From NCBI RefSeq assembly GCF_963921235.1, contig NC_086108.1, positions 15,562,001 through 15,626,000 of the forward strand: 64,000 bases of DNA, in the 5' to 3' direction. A program made the translations under genes and the position numbers. Shown piece after piece: positions 11,231 to 24,429 of this stretch. How positions within the stretch are numbered: position 1 is the stretch's first letter; every line of letters begins with the position of its first letter. The DNA comes from Mobula hypostoma. Lineage: Eukaryota. The notes under the pieces were generated by a model that was given only the letters and a program-made list of their open reading frames with translations, was not told the DNA's origin and did no database searches.

Positions 11231-12499
11231 ACCGATTTTGAGCAGTTGGGTTGTATGATCCATTGCTCGTCTGTATGTTAATTTTACTTAATTCTTTATA
11301 AGAACTCAGCATTAAAAGCAACCCTTTAACCCCTCTTCTGCTGAAAGCCTTCTGGCAAGTCTCTCTTTAACAGCAAGTGGTTCTTAAAATGAGCACACAG
11401 TTGAGTTGTACTGATAACTATCCGCAGTGGGACACGTCATCGCAGAGAGGCTGTGGTTTGGTGCAGCCACTTTGGTCATTCTGAGTGTCTGAGAATGGCA
11501 GTGATTGAGTTGTGCCAGCTAATTTTGTGAGTAAGAGTGAACAGATGGAATATTGGCACGAGAGTATTCAGGAATAAGGGAAAAAATCATTTGCATGAAG
11601 CAATAAAACAAAATTTTGATAGCCATCAATCCTACAAAAAAGAGAATTCTGTAAAATAATATCAAGTTCCCTTTTTAAAAATGCTGAATAAACAGTCCAT
11701 TAATATGGATGAACACTTCCCCTTGTACCTATTCTTACTCTGTATCTAATAGAAAACAGGAAAGAGTTCTGTGCTATCATGCCTGAATTGCAATGTGCTG
11801 GTAATTTCCCCAAATGAGTAGGTGAGAGAAGTTCTACTGTAGGGAACTTGTTGGTAGCTGTGTGTGCTCATAAAAATGCTGAAGCAGAAGGATATTTTAC
11901 ACAGAATCCCCAGAAGATGAGGGTAGTCAGTGTGTTTGCAATATGTCTTCATTCTGATCTTCAGAATTGATAAAAAGTACAGAACGCTTCTGCTGACCCT
12001 GCTGCAGTCCCCATTTGTAATAGTTGCATGTTGTGCTCTGTTCATGCTAAGTTCAGTCCAACAACTTCCTGTTTATCTTCTTTACTGCACCAGGGCTGAA
12101 TGAAGTGTTGTTCTCCAGGTGGCTAAAGAAATTAATTGGCATTTTCTGTTGGTGATCTGGTCCATCAGATTCTGATCTAAACTAGTCAATTTAGTGGAAG
12201 CATTGATGTTCTGTCATAGGAGGTAGTTCTTTGTCCATTACACTGCAGCAGAGCCACTCACTCCCAATGCAATTGTCTTCCTATACATGTTTAAACCAAG
12301 ATTGCTCCCAGCTCTATAACCCCTTCTGTTTTTCAAATGAAGTACATTTCCATAGTGATCAGCGCAGAAATATTTAAATAATGCTTCACTAATAATCTCC
12401 AACCATTTATAACTGTTCTCTCTGAAAATAGTCAATGCACAGTGTGGCCAGCATCTTTCAGGTAAATAATATCAGATATTCGTTATTGTTTTTTGACAA

Positions 12500-13550
12500 T
12501 AGAAATGTAAGAAGTGGATAGTCCAAATCTTTTTCTCACGGTAGAGGTATTAAACATGAGCTCACAAGTTTAAGGTGAGAGGAAGGAGTTTTAAAGGGAA
12601 TCTGAGGGGAATGTTCTTTATGGAGAGTGGTTGATCTCTGGAACTTGCTGCCAGAGAATGTGGTGAAATCAATCATAATGTTTACGAGACATTTAAAAAC
12701 ATATGAATAGGCAAGGCATAGATAAATACAAACCTAATGCAGGAATATGTGCATTCCACAAACAAAATAGTACAACCGTGGCTGACAAGGGAAGTCAAAG
12801 CTAATGTAAAAACAAAAGAGAGGGCATACAACAAAGTAAAAATTAGTGGAAAGATAGAGGATTGGGAAGTTTTTAAAAACCTATAGAGAGCAACTAAAAT
12901 ATTCATCAGAAGGGAAAAGATGAAATATGAAAGCAAACTAGCAAATAATATCAAATATAATATTAAAGGCTTTTTAAAGTATGTTAAAAATAAAAGAGCG
13001 ATGAGAGTGGATATAGGACCACTAGAAAATGAGACAGGAGAAATAATAATGGGTGACAAGGAGATGGCTGATGAACTAAATGAGTATTTTGCATTTGTCT
13101 TCACCGTGGAAGGCACTAGCAGTGTGCCAGATGTTGTACTGTGTGAAGGAGAAGAAGTGAGTGCAGTTACTATTTCAAGGGAGAAGGTGCTCAAAAACAG
13201 AAAGGCCTAAAAGTACATAAGTCACCCAGCCCAGATGAATTGTCCCCTAGGGTTCTGAAAGAAGTAGCATTAGAGATTGTGGCAGCATTTACAATGATCT
13301 TTCAAAAAACATTGGATTCTAGCATGGTGCCAGATAACTGGAAAATTGCAAATGTCACTCCACTCTTTAAGAAAGGAGGAAGGCAGCAGAAAAGAAATTA
13401 TAGACCAGTTAGCCTGAGTTGGGAAGATGTTAGAGTCAATTGTTAAGGATGAGGTGATGGAGTACTTGGTGACACAGGACAAGATAGGACAAAATCAGCA
13501 TCGTTTCCTTCGGGACGATCCTATCTGACGAATCTGTTGGAATTGTTTAT
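12500..13550 (+). mobile_element. Two adjacent CR1 fragments (3' end, then mid-ORF2)
   Basis: ORFs MADELNEYFAFVFT and VPDNWKIANVTPLFKKG..NYRPVSL. Confidence 0.85.
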
Positions 13551-13864
13551 TACCTCTTGTCACCTCGCTTTTCCCTGTGTTGTGCTCTCAGCCACTTTGC
13601 GTTACGCAACCCCTCCAATCCTGCATAAACTTCTAGAAATTCTCAGCAATTCAAGCTACAGCTGAGGGAGAGAAGCAGAATCAATGCTTCAGTCCTGAGC
13701 TGATGAGAATTTGCAACACTTTCTGGTTTGAGTTTTTGATTTCCAGCTTCTGCAATTTTTAAAACCATTTTTTGTCGTACAGTTCTGCAAACACTTTTCC
13801 ACACACTTTACAATGCTCCCTACACTGTCCTCACCAAGGCCATCCTACTCTTGCTCAATTGTTA

Positions 13865-15400
13865 AGTGGGAGGTTGAGCCATCAGAGGTCATGGCCCATG
13901 TCAGTACCAATGATATGGGTAGGAAAGTTGATGAGGTATTGCAAAGTGAGTTCAGGAAGTTAGGTGCTAAATTAAAGGACAGGACCTCCAGGGTTGTGAT
14001 CTCAGGATTGCAGCCTGTACCATGTACTCGTGAGGCCAGAAATGGAAGATAATGCTGTATAATACGTGACTAAAGAGGTGATGCATAAGGGAGGGCTTCA
14101 GAGGTTTAATTATTGGGCTCTTCTCCAAGGATGGTGGGACCTGTACAGACAGGATGGTTTGCATCTGAACTAGAGGGGAACTAATATCGTTATGGGAAGG
14201 TTTCCTGGTGATGCACCAGGGAGAGGGGTGGTGTTTAAACTAGAGTTGCAGAGTGATATTGGGAAAAGATGTTTTTCAGGCTGCATAGAAAGACAGGAAT
14301 CAAAAATCATGGTGGGAATAATGTTCTGAGTTGCATATATTTCAATGCAAGGAGTATTGTAGGAAAGGCAGATGAACTTAGAGCATGGATCAGCACGTGG
14401 AATTATGAAAATGTGATCATTAGTGAGATTTGTTTGCAGGATGGGCAGGACTGGCACCTCAATGTTCTGGGATTCTGTTGTTTTAGACATCATAGAATGA
14501 GAGGATTTAAGGGGAAGGGGTGGCTTTACTAATCAGGAAAAATGTTACAGCAATCCTCAGTCAGGACAGACTGAAGAGCTCATCTACTGAGGCTTTATGG
14601 GTGGAATTGAAGAATAAGAATGGGTTGATCACTTTAAAGAGGTTATATTATAGACTACCCGACAGTGAGTGGGATTTAGGGGAACAAATTTATAGGGAGA
14701 TCGCAAACAGTTGCAAGAAACATAAGGTTGTTACAGTAGGTGATTTTATCTTTCCACATATTGACTTGGACTCCCATACTGTTCAGGGAAGTTTCCTTAA
14801 TCAGTATACAGATGGCTCAGCTAGAGAGTGTAAGATACTGGATCTCCTATTAGGGAATGAGCCAGGACAGGTGACAGTAGTTTGTGTAGGGGAACACTTT
14901 GGATAAGGAATTATCTTATGTACAGGAATTGGGATGTTATGTTGAAGTTGTGTAAGATGTTGGTGAAGCCTTATTTGGAGTTTTGTGTGCAGTTCTGGTC
15001 ACCTACGTACAGGAAAGGTATCAATAAGATTGATGGAGCACAGAGTAAATTTACAAGGATATTGCCAGGTCTTGAGAATCTGAGATATTGGGAAGGATTG
15101 AATATGTTAGGACTTTATTCCCTGGAATGTAAGAGAATGAGGGGAGATTTGATGAAGGTATACAAAATTATAAGGTGTATAGATAGGGTAAATGCAGGAA
15201 GGCTTTTTTCACTGAGGTTGGGTGAGACTATTGTAAACTAGAGGTCATGGGTTAAAGGTGAAATGTTTAAGGGAAACATGAGAGGGAACTTCAGGGGAAA
15301 TCCCCTTTGGATACTAAGAGATATTTGGATAGCTACATAGGTTTGGCATGGACTAGATAGTTCGAAATGCCTGTTTCTGAGCTGTAGTGTTCTAAGACTA
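13865..15400 (+). mobile_element. Internally deleted CR1 (ORF1 esterase end, endonuclease, then ORF2 C-terminus)
   Basis: HVSTND..VVISG (esterase), YFNARSI, VGDF and LDLLLGN (APE endonuclease), joined near 14905 to LCKMLVKPYLEFCVQFWSP. Confidence 0.85.
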
Positions 15401-15794
15401 TGACTATAATTCACAGTCCTCTTCATGCCCTTCAGGTGCTTACCATTGTTCAAAATCACAGAGTTATCCAGCACAGAAACAGGCCTTTGGCCCAACCTCT
15501 CCCATGCCAACCAAGATGTCTATCACCTGTATTTGGCCTATATTCCTCTAAACCCTCAGATCCCTTGGATGTATCTGTCCAAATGTCTTTTTAAATGGTG
15601 TAATTGTACCCACATTCACCACTTCTGCTGGTAGCTCATTCCATACTTGCACCACCCACTGAGTGAAGTTCCCCCTCGTGTTCCACTTAAACACTTTGTC
15701 TTTCACCTTTAACCAAAATCTTTTTCTACAACAGTCTCACCCAACTCAGTGGAAAAAGCCTTCCTGCATTTATCCTATTGAAATCCCTCATACA

Positions 15795-17262
15795 AATCAA
15801 TAAGCTTCAAGACATTGACCTTAGTATCTCCTCGTGCAATTAGATCCTGGATTTCTTCACTTGTAGAGTGAAATCATTTCAAATTGGCAATAATATCTCC
15901 TCCATGATGTCCATCAGCACAGATGCACCATAAGGATGTGTACTTAACTCCCCGCTCTACTCACTTTACACCTATGACCATGTGGCTAAACACAGCTCCA
16001 ACGCCGTATTCAAGTTTGCTGATGACACCACTGTCGTTGTCCGAGTCAAAGGTGGTGACAAATCGGCATACAGGAGGGAGATTGAAAATCTGGCTGAGTG
16101 GTGCCATGACAACAACCTCTCACTCAATGTCAGTAAGTCCAAGGAACTGATTATTGACTCCAGGAGGAAAACCAGAAGTTCCTGAGCTAGTCCTCATCAG
16201 AGGATCAAAGGTAGAGAGGGTCAAAACTTTAAATTCATCCGTGTTACTATTTTGGAGGACCTGCCCTAGGCCCGGAATGTAAATGCAATTATGAAGAAAG
16301 CATGACAGTGGCTCTACTTCCTTAGGAGTTTGCGTGGATTTGGCATGACATCTAAAACTGTGACAAAACTTCTATAGGTGTGTAGCAGAGAATATATTGA
16401 ATGGCTGCATTACAGCCTGGTATGGAAGGACCAATGACCTTGAATCCTATAAAGAGTAGTGGATTCAGCTCAGTCCATCATAGGCAAAACCCTCCCCACC
16501 ACTGAGCACATTTATACAAAGCATTGTTGCAGGAAAGCAGCATCCATCATCAAAAACCCCCATCACTCAGAACGTGATCTCTTCTAACTGCTGCCATTAG
16601 GAAGGAGGCACAGGACCCTCAGGCTCACATCACCAGGTTCAGGAACAGTTATTACCCCTCAACCATCAGGCTCTTGAACAAGCAACACACATCAAAGTTG
16701 CTGGTGAACGCAGCAGGCCAGGCAGCATCTCTAGGAGGAGGTACAGTCGACGTTTCAGGCCGAGACCCTTCGACAGGACTAACTGAAGCCTGAAACATCG
16801 ACTGTACCTCCTCCTAGAGATGCTGCCTGGCCTGCTGCGTTCACCGGCAACTTTGATGTGTGTTGCTTGAATTTCCAGCATCTGCAGAATTCCTGTTGTT
16901 AGGCTCTTGAACAAAAGGGGATAACTTCACTTTCCTCATCATTGAAATGTTCCTCCAACCTAAGGACTCACTTTCAAGGACTTTTCATCTCATGTTCTTG
17001 ATATTTATTGCCTATTTATTTATTTATTTATTTATTTATTTATTATTATTTCCCCATTCTTTTTGGATTTGCACAATTTGTTGTCTGTTGCACACTGGTT
17101 GAACGTCCAAGTTGATTTGGTCTTTTATTGATTCTATTTTGGTTATCATTCTATCATGGATTTATTGAGTATGCCTGCAATAAAATGAATCTCAGAATTG
17201 TATATGGTGACATATACAGTATGTACTTTGATAATAAATTTACTTTGAACTTTGGAACTTTG
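15795..17262 (+). mobile_element. Rex1/Babar-type LINE, 5'-truncated RT and 3'UTR
   Basis: FKFADDTTVV..AYRREIENLAEWCHDNNLSLNVSK and an ACTTTGA-repeat tail. Contains a Penelope-derived insert at 16682-16900 and (TTTA)n at 17013-17044. Confidence 0.88.
16682..16900. mobile_element. Fold-back Penelope-derived insertion
   Basis: Two inverted copies of the Penelope terminal segment. 14-bp TSD AGGCTCTTGAACAA at 16668-16681 and 16901-16914. Confidence 0.88.
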
Positions 17263-17289
17263 AATCATTTCACTATTCACCATTTAATA

Positions 17290-19680
17290 GATTTTAATTA
17301 GGTCATCCCTCATTCTTCTGAACTCCACTGAATACGGGCTCAGAGTCATCAAACATTCTTCATATGACAGACCGTTCAATCCTGAAATAATTTTCGTGAA
17401 CCTCCTTTGAACCCTCTCCAGTTTCAGCACATCCTTTCTAAGGGGCCCCAAACTGCTCACAATACTCTTAAGTGGGGCTACACCAGTGCTTTATAAAGTC
17501 TCAACATTATATCCTTGCTTTTATATTCTTGAAATTAATGCTAACATTGCATTTGCCTTCCTCACCACAGAATCAACCTGCAAATTAACCTTTAGGGAAT
17601 CCTGCACAAGGACTCCCAAGTCCCTTTGCACCTCAGATTTTAGTATTTTCTCTCCATTTAGAAAATAGTCAACTTTTTCATTTCTTCTACCGAAGTGCAT
17701 GACCATACACTTCCTGGCACTGTATTACAACTGCAGCAACTTTACCCATTCTCCAGATCTGTCTTAAGACCTTCTGTGACCTCCCTCCTTCCTTAAAACT
17801 ACCTGCCCCTCCACGTATCTTCGTATTATTTGCAAACTTTGCAACAAAGCCATCAATTCTAACGTAAAAGTGTCAGTCCCAATACAGACACCTGTGGAAC
17901 ACCACTAGTCACTGGCATCCAACCAGAAAAGGCTCCCTTTATTCCCACTCTTTGCCTTTTGCCAATTAGCCACTGCCATATCCACACTAGAATCTTTCCT
18001 GTAATACCATGGGGTCGTAGCTTGTAAAGTAGCCTCGTGTGGCACTTTGTCAGAGGCCTTCTGAAATTCAAGAGTACAATATCAACTGATCGTTCTTTGT
18101 CAATCCTGCTTGTTATTTCTTCAAAGAATTCCAATAGATTTGTCAGGCAAGATTTTCCTTAAAGGAAACCATGCTGACTACAGCCTATTTTATCATGTGT
18201 CTCCTAGTACCCTGAAGCCACATCCTCAACAATCGACTCCAACATCTTCCCAACCACTGAGGTCAGACTATCTGGCCTATAGTTTCCTTTCTTCTGTCTC
18301 TCTCCCTTCATGAAAAGTGGAGTGACATTTGTAATTTTCCAGTCTCATGGAACCATTCCAGAATTTACTGATTCTTGAAAGATCATTATTAGTGCTCCCA
18401 CAATCTCTTCAGTCACCTCTTTCAGAACCCTGAGGTGTACACCATCTGGTCCAGGTGACTTATTTACCTTCAGACCTTTCAGTTTCCCAAGAACCTTTTC
18501 CGAGTAATGGTATCTTCACACACTTCATGACCCCTGATGCCTGGAACTTCCACCATAAGTGGCTTCCATTGAGAAGACTGATGCAAAATTCTTCTTCAGT
18601 TTGTCTGCCATTTCCTTGTCCCCATTTCTACTTTTCCAGCATCGTTTTCCAGTGGTCCGATATCATTCTTACCTCCTTTTACACTTTATTTATCTAAAGA
18701 AACTTTTGGTATCCTAGTTAATAATATTGGCTAGCTTACTTTCGTATTCCATAATTGCATTTTAATTACCCTTTTCAGCTGTCTCCTGTTGATTTTAATA
18801 GGTTCCCAATCCTCTAACTTCCCACTAATTTTTGCTCTATTGTATGCCACCTCTTGGCTTTTATGCTGGCTTTGACTTCTCTTGTTAGCCACGGTTGTGT
18901 CATTTTGCCTTTAGAATATTTCTTCTTCTTTGGGGATGTATATATATCCTGTGCCTTCTGAATTGCTTCCAAAAATTCCAACCATTGCTGCTCTGCCATC
19001 ATCCCTGCCAGTGTTCTTTTCCAATCATTTCTTGCCAGCTCCTCTCTCATGCATTTGTAATTGTCTTTTCTCCACAGTAATGCTGATACATCTGACTTTA
19101 GCTTCTTCTTCTCAAATTTCAGGGTGAATTTGATCATATTATGATTACTTTCCCCTAAGGGTGCCTTCACCTTAAGCTCTCTGATCAATTCTGGTTCATT
19201 GCACAAGACCCAATCCAGAATAGCTGATTCCCTAGTGGGCACAACCACGAGTTGCTCTAAAAAGCCATCTCATAGGCATTCTAGAAATTCTCCCTCTTGG
19301 TATCCAGCCACAACCTGATTTTCTCAATCTATCCGCATATTGAAATATCTCATCACCATTGCAACATTGCCCTTTGGGTGTGCATTTTCTATCTCCTGTT
19401 GCAATTTGTGGAAAACATCCTTACTTCTGTTTGGGAGTCTGTATATAACTGCCACCAGGATCTTTTTATCCTTTTATTTCCTTAGCTCTATCCACAATAA
19501 TTCAACACTTTCTGACCCAATGTCAATGTAAATGCTACAAGTTCATCTACCTTATTCTGTATACTGTGCTCTTTCAAATATATCATCTTCAGTCCTGTAT
19601 TCACCCTTTTCAATTTTGTCCACCTTTTATGTTATAGATCATCCTGTTGACTGCAATTTTGCCCTATCAACAGCCTCTCC
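17290..19680 (-). mobile_element. CR1 LINE, decayed ORF2 (EN to RT)
   Basis: Minus-strand ORFs PTRESAILDWVLCN, EFFEEITSRIDK, VTSGVPQ and QRDLGVLV. Confidence 0.9.
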
Positions 19681-19699
19681 TCACTACATATTGCCTCCT

Positions 19700-20110
19700 A
19701 CATTCTATTGAGATTAAACTCAGCCTATCCAATCTCCCCTATAACTACAATTATTCATTCGAGACAACATCTTGGTAAGTCTCTTCAGCCATCTCTCTAT
19801 TGCTTTCTGTAGTGTATTGAGCAGAACTACAAAATACACCAAGTACAGTCTAGCCAATGTTTTGTGACGTCCCAGCTCTTGTACTCCAGGCCTCAGCCTT
19901 ATGGACTCAAGCATACCAAATGCCTTTTTCACCATCCTATCCAAATGTGTTTCAACTTTCTGGGAGCTATGAACTTGCAGCACAATATCCCTTTGTACAT
20001 CAGCTCTCCTAAATTCCCTGATATTTACTCTGTATCAGGGTTACAAAATAATTACTAATAGTACTAATAGAATTTGACCTCCCAAAGTGTATTACCTCAT
20101 AAATCCCCAT
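19700..20110 (-). mobile_element. Old CR1 ORF2 C-terminal fragment
   Basis: HLDRMVKKAFGML..KTLARLYL. Confidence 0.7.
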
Positions 20111-20669
20111 CATGCCCCAGAAATCTCCTGTCTTGTTGCTATTTTGGGATAGCAAACCTGTAGATCTTTCCAAATTATTGTGTTCCAATAACTTTTAACA
20201 CTTCCTTCTACCAGTAACAGATATGCTGCAGAGTGTCATTCTACTCCTGCCCTAACTCCCCTCCACATCCAATGAGAACAGTTAATTTAGGATCTCTCTC
20301 ATGTCTTGTGGGCTCCACACATATTTTTAGTTTTAGTTTTAATTCTCTGAAGAGGCCTATTCTTTTCCTTGCGATCTATTCTCTTGGTCCCAGGAACATA
20401 GAAGATTGAGGGATGACCTGACTGGGTGAAAGCAGTCTTTTTCCCAGAGAGGGTGTGCTAAAAACACAAGGGTATAAGATTAAAATTAGAGATAGGAGAT
20501 TTAAAAGGCAGCTTCTTCATGCAGAGGGTGGTGTATATTTAGAATGAGATACTATGAACAGTGTTAAAGGCATGCACATTTACAATGTTTGATAGCCATC
20601 TCAATAAATACATTACATGCTTAAACGAGGTTTAGAGAGTTTTGGGCCAAATGTGGGCAGATTGGATTA

Positions 20670-20808
20670 CAAACTGGAGAAAATCTGCAGATGCTGGAAA
20701 TCCAAGCAACACACACAAAATGCTGGAGGAACTCAGCAAGCCAGGCAACATCTATGGAAGAGAGTAAACAGTCGACGTTTCAGGCTGAGACTCTTCATCA
20801 GGACTGAT
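20670..20808 (-). mobile_element. ~140-bp Penelope-derived mini-element with hammerhead motif, inserted in a CR1 3' end (about 20400-20890)
   Basis: Penelope terminal sequence. Imperfect TSD CAGATTGGATTA / CAGATCAGATTA (20658-20669 and 20809-20820). Confidence 0.8.
20769..20806 (-). ncRNA. Minimal type-I hammerhead ribozyme motif
   Basis: Minus strand CAGTC-CTGATGA-AGAGTCTCAGCCT-GAAA-CG-TC-GACTG: perfect 5-bp stem I, intact core, ACGT palindrome, weakened stem II. Confidence 0.72.
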
Positions 20809-22691
20809 CAGATCAGATTAGCTCACTTGGCAACACAGTCTGCATGAACAAGTTGGGCTCAAGGGCCTGTTTCCATGGTATAAGTCTCTAACTCTTCCTT
20901 CTAATATAGTACAAAAGAATTTAGAATTGTCCTGAATCCTGCGTAGCAAAGCCTTTTCCTTTTTTTGCTGTCAAGTTTGGAATCTCCTTTTGATCACAGC
21001 AGCTACCAATTCTAATCACACTGTCCTTACCCTCATACTCTTTGAATATTTATTCAGTTTTTGAGATTTGTGGTTTGAGCCACTTATAATTGAAATGAGC
21101 AGTTGGTTCACCAATGTCATGGTGTCCATGCCAGCGTGGTATCTTTCATAAGTAGTGTGCTGTCCCTCGATTTTCTATTACATAGTTTTGTGACCCAAGG
21201 TTTCAACAGTCAGTTCATCATTTGCATTCCACTTGCCAAACACGCAGCGAGGAAAGGTCTCATAAATCAGGTATAAAAATTACAGGTTCTTATCGGGTCA
21301 GCCGTCAGTTGAATTGCTCAGAAAATGGCTGCAGCTCCAGGGCAGCCTGCTCTTGAGTACCCTGCTAATATATTCATTAAAACTAGATTCAAATAAATAA
21401 AATGTAGACGCTGCAGTTCAGATAATTAATCATGGACTTCAAATTCCTGTACAGATTTCTGTCTGTGCCTTATGTTTGGTCTGAGACCAATACCTCATCA
21501 TAATAGGTGGTAATAGCATTGGAGGCATGTATAAATAATGTAAAAGATCTTAAGAATGGATTGAGTAGAGGGGAATTTCTCCCAAAGAAAACACCCAATT
21601 ATACCATCTTTCATCTATTCATCAAAGGAGGAGCCCCTTTGCCTAGCAGACCTTCCCAAGTATCTTAGAAGTACCATCTAATCATTTCCCTTTCCCGCTC
21701 TTTTCCAAAACCCTTCTAGTATTTCTCTGCTTGACTGTATATCTGGTTCTATTTTAGAAGTTACAATTAGTCCTGCCTATCACTGTATAGGCAGTAAGTG
21801 ATTTCCTGATCACGACTCCTTTTCCTGAATATTTTTCTTGGTTTCTTTCACCTTTGAAAGTGTTGCCTAAATAAATCTGTCTTTTTTTTTTACCTGTTAT
21901 CTTCAACTTTGATTCTAGTACATTATTTCTCCTTACTACACTATAAAGACCCTTCAAAGTTCTGTACACTGCAAATACATTTCAAAAGAAAACAAGCCCA
22001 ACCTCTCTTTTCTTTCCATATAACAGAAACTGTTGATCATTGGTACCTTTATTCGTCCTCATTAGGGGAACAGATGTGAAGGGGGTCAATTGCTTTAAAT
22101 TCTTTGGTGTTAACATATCAGAGGATCTGTCCCAGCACCAGCACATAAATGCCATCACAAAGAAGGCATGACAGCACATCTACTTTCATAGGAGTTTGTG
22201 TAGGTTCGGCATGTCACCAAAATCTTTGACAAACTTCTATAGATGCACAGTGGAGAGCATCCTAATTAGTTACATCATGACCCAGTATGGAAACACCCAA
22301 TGTCCATAAACAGAAAAGGCTACAGAAAGTAGTGGATACAGCAATCCATCACAGACAAAGCCCTCCAGACTATTGAATATATTTTTACACTGCCACATGG
22401 AAGCAGCATCCATCATCAAAGAGCTCCACCATCAAGGCCATGTCCACTTACTACCACCATTGGGCAGGAGGTACAAAAGCCTTAGGTCCCACACCACCAA
22501 GCACAGGAACAATTGTTAACCTACAACCATGAGGCTCATGAGTTGACATGGATAACTTCAATCATCACTACTGCGAACTGATTTTATGATCTAGAGACTC
22601 ACTTTCAAGAACTCTTTACAACTCGCATTCTCACTTTTTCTTTGCAGTTTGTCTTTTGTGCATTGGTTATTAGTCGGTCTTTGTTTATGTA

Positions 22692-24290
22692 CAGGTTTCC
22701 CCCACCATCCGAAGGTAGGGTGTTCCTATGAAACGGTTCGTAAGCTGGAATGTCGTAAAGCGAAGAAGCAATTGCCATTTATTTATATGGGAAAATTTTG
22801 TGAGCGTTCACGAACCCAAAAATAATCTACCAAATCATGCCAAATAACACATAAAACCTAAAATAACAGTAACATATAGTAAAAGCAGGAATGATATGAT
22901 AAATACACAGCCTATATAAAGTAGAAATACTTTTCCACAATTACTGCAGTACTGTTCTCCGTAGCGAAAATCTCACACAAGCGCTGTTGGCAAAAACACT
23001 CTCTCCAGTAACATTTAAGCTATGAAGCTGCCAAATCATACCAAATAACACGTAAAAATACACAGCCTATATAAAGTAGAAATAATGTATGTACAGTGTA
23101 GTATCACTTACGGGAATCGGGAAGACAGCTTGCCAAGCACACTGGTGATGGTGTGTTAGACTGAGTCGTCGAAGGTTGGGGTGGTGCAGTGGCCCCCACC
23201 CTCCGGGCAGCACCCCGATACCGATCCGCAATGCATGCAAGGGTACAGCGGTAGCCGGGAGGCACACAGCACATCTTTAAGAAAAAAGCCGAAATAAACA
23301 AGCTGATCAATTAGGTGCCATCCGGCACGTAATTGTTGGCCCAGATCAGAGGTGATTGTTGATTGCATCGCCTCTGTTCTGGGCTGACAATTACGTGTCG
23401 GGCGGTACCTAATTAATTAGCATGTTTATTTCAGCTTTTTTCTTAAAGATGTGCTGAGTGCGTTCCAGCTACTGCTGCATTCTCCGTGAATCCGTATACG
23501 TCCGCGGCCTGGGGGTTGGTGTGGTGGGACACTGGGGTGTCAGCTTGTCATCGTCTGTTTCCATTAGGGCAGGCAGCTCATCTTCTCCTATGTCTGCCTG
23601 CCTCGATGTCGAAGGTCGAGGTTCGTCGTCTGCTGTGGCTGATGTGGAAGGCTTGCTTGACTGCTGAGCATCGCACATTTTTCTATCATACAGTTCTTTG
23701 TAAGCACTCAAACCATCCTGCAAATATCCCCCAAACCTACATACCCTTTCAAAATTAAAGTCGTACTTTATCATTGCAGCGAAAATCTCACGCAGTTGCT
23801 TCACGTTCAATTCGCGACTGCATTCGGTTTCGATCGTTACCCTTTCCTCTTCCAATTGCATCAGCTCTTCATCTATCAGTTCTTGGTTATGGGATGCCAA
23901 AACCTCTTCAACATCATCTTCATCAACTTCCACAAGCCAAACTCACTTTGTCCTTACTTCGTTCACCATGATCAAAATGTCTAGTTTTACACTAAGTGTA
24001 TCACCCTTACAAGCTCTTTCAGGCTTTTCCGATATCTTAGAACTTATCCTGCTAACGGCTGCTCACAGGCACGTGTTTAAGCAATACCGGCGAGAATGCC
24101 GTTCCGAATCCAGGCTGCTGGGGGCACGTGCTGTTTTTTTTGCGCGCTGCTTTTTTATCGCGCGCTGCTTTTTTTCATAACAGTGAAAACACCTTCTGTT
24201 AGCGAAAACAGGGAACTAATGTAGGTCTTTCTGTTATGACTGTTATGTGAGGTTTCATAAAGCGAACATTCAAAAAGCGGGGGACACCTG
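22692..24290 (-). mobile_element. Non-autonomous Tigger/pogo-family DNA transposon (internal deletion derivative)
   Basis: TA on both sides and imperfect TIRs CAGGTTTCCCCCAC / CAGGTGTCCCCCGC. The minus strand encodes an N-terminal stub (KPERACKGDTLSVKLDI) joined to the acidic Tigger-type C-terminus (EVDEDDVEEVLASHNQELIDEELMQLEEE). No DDE domain. Confidence 0.85.
23187..23534. mobile_element. Palindromic hAT/Charlie-like MITE nested in the Tigger element
   Basis: Begins CAGTGGCCCCCACC and ends GGGACACTG. The arms are mutually inverted and homologous to the MITE at 36544-37164. Flanks GGGTGGTG / GGGTGTCA are a possible decayed 8-bp TSD. Confidence 0.75.
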
Positions 24291-24429
24291 TATAGCTTTT
24301 TGTAAATTCTTTTGTATTTCTTTTATCCCTCTAAATGCCTGCAAAAATGAATCTCAAAGTAATATATGGTAACATATACATACCTGGATAATAAATTAAC
24401 TTTGAACTTTCCAGTAAATCTTTTCCACA

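Larger units (their letters stand above)
22040..24410 (+). mobile_element. Rex1/Babar-type LINE 3' fragment split by a Tigger insertion
   Basis: Homologous to 16190-17262. The 3'UTR stops at TA 22690-91 and resumes at TA 24291-92. Confidence 0.8.

Noticed and set aside
23469..23933. Domesticated TIGD-like gene
   Set aside because: Non-ATG start, lacks the DDE domain, and lies between TIRs inside a LINE tail.
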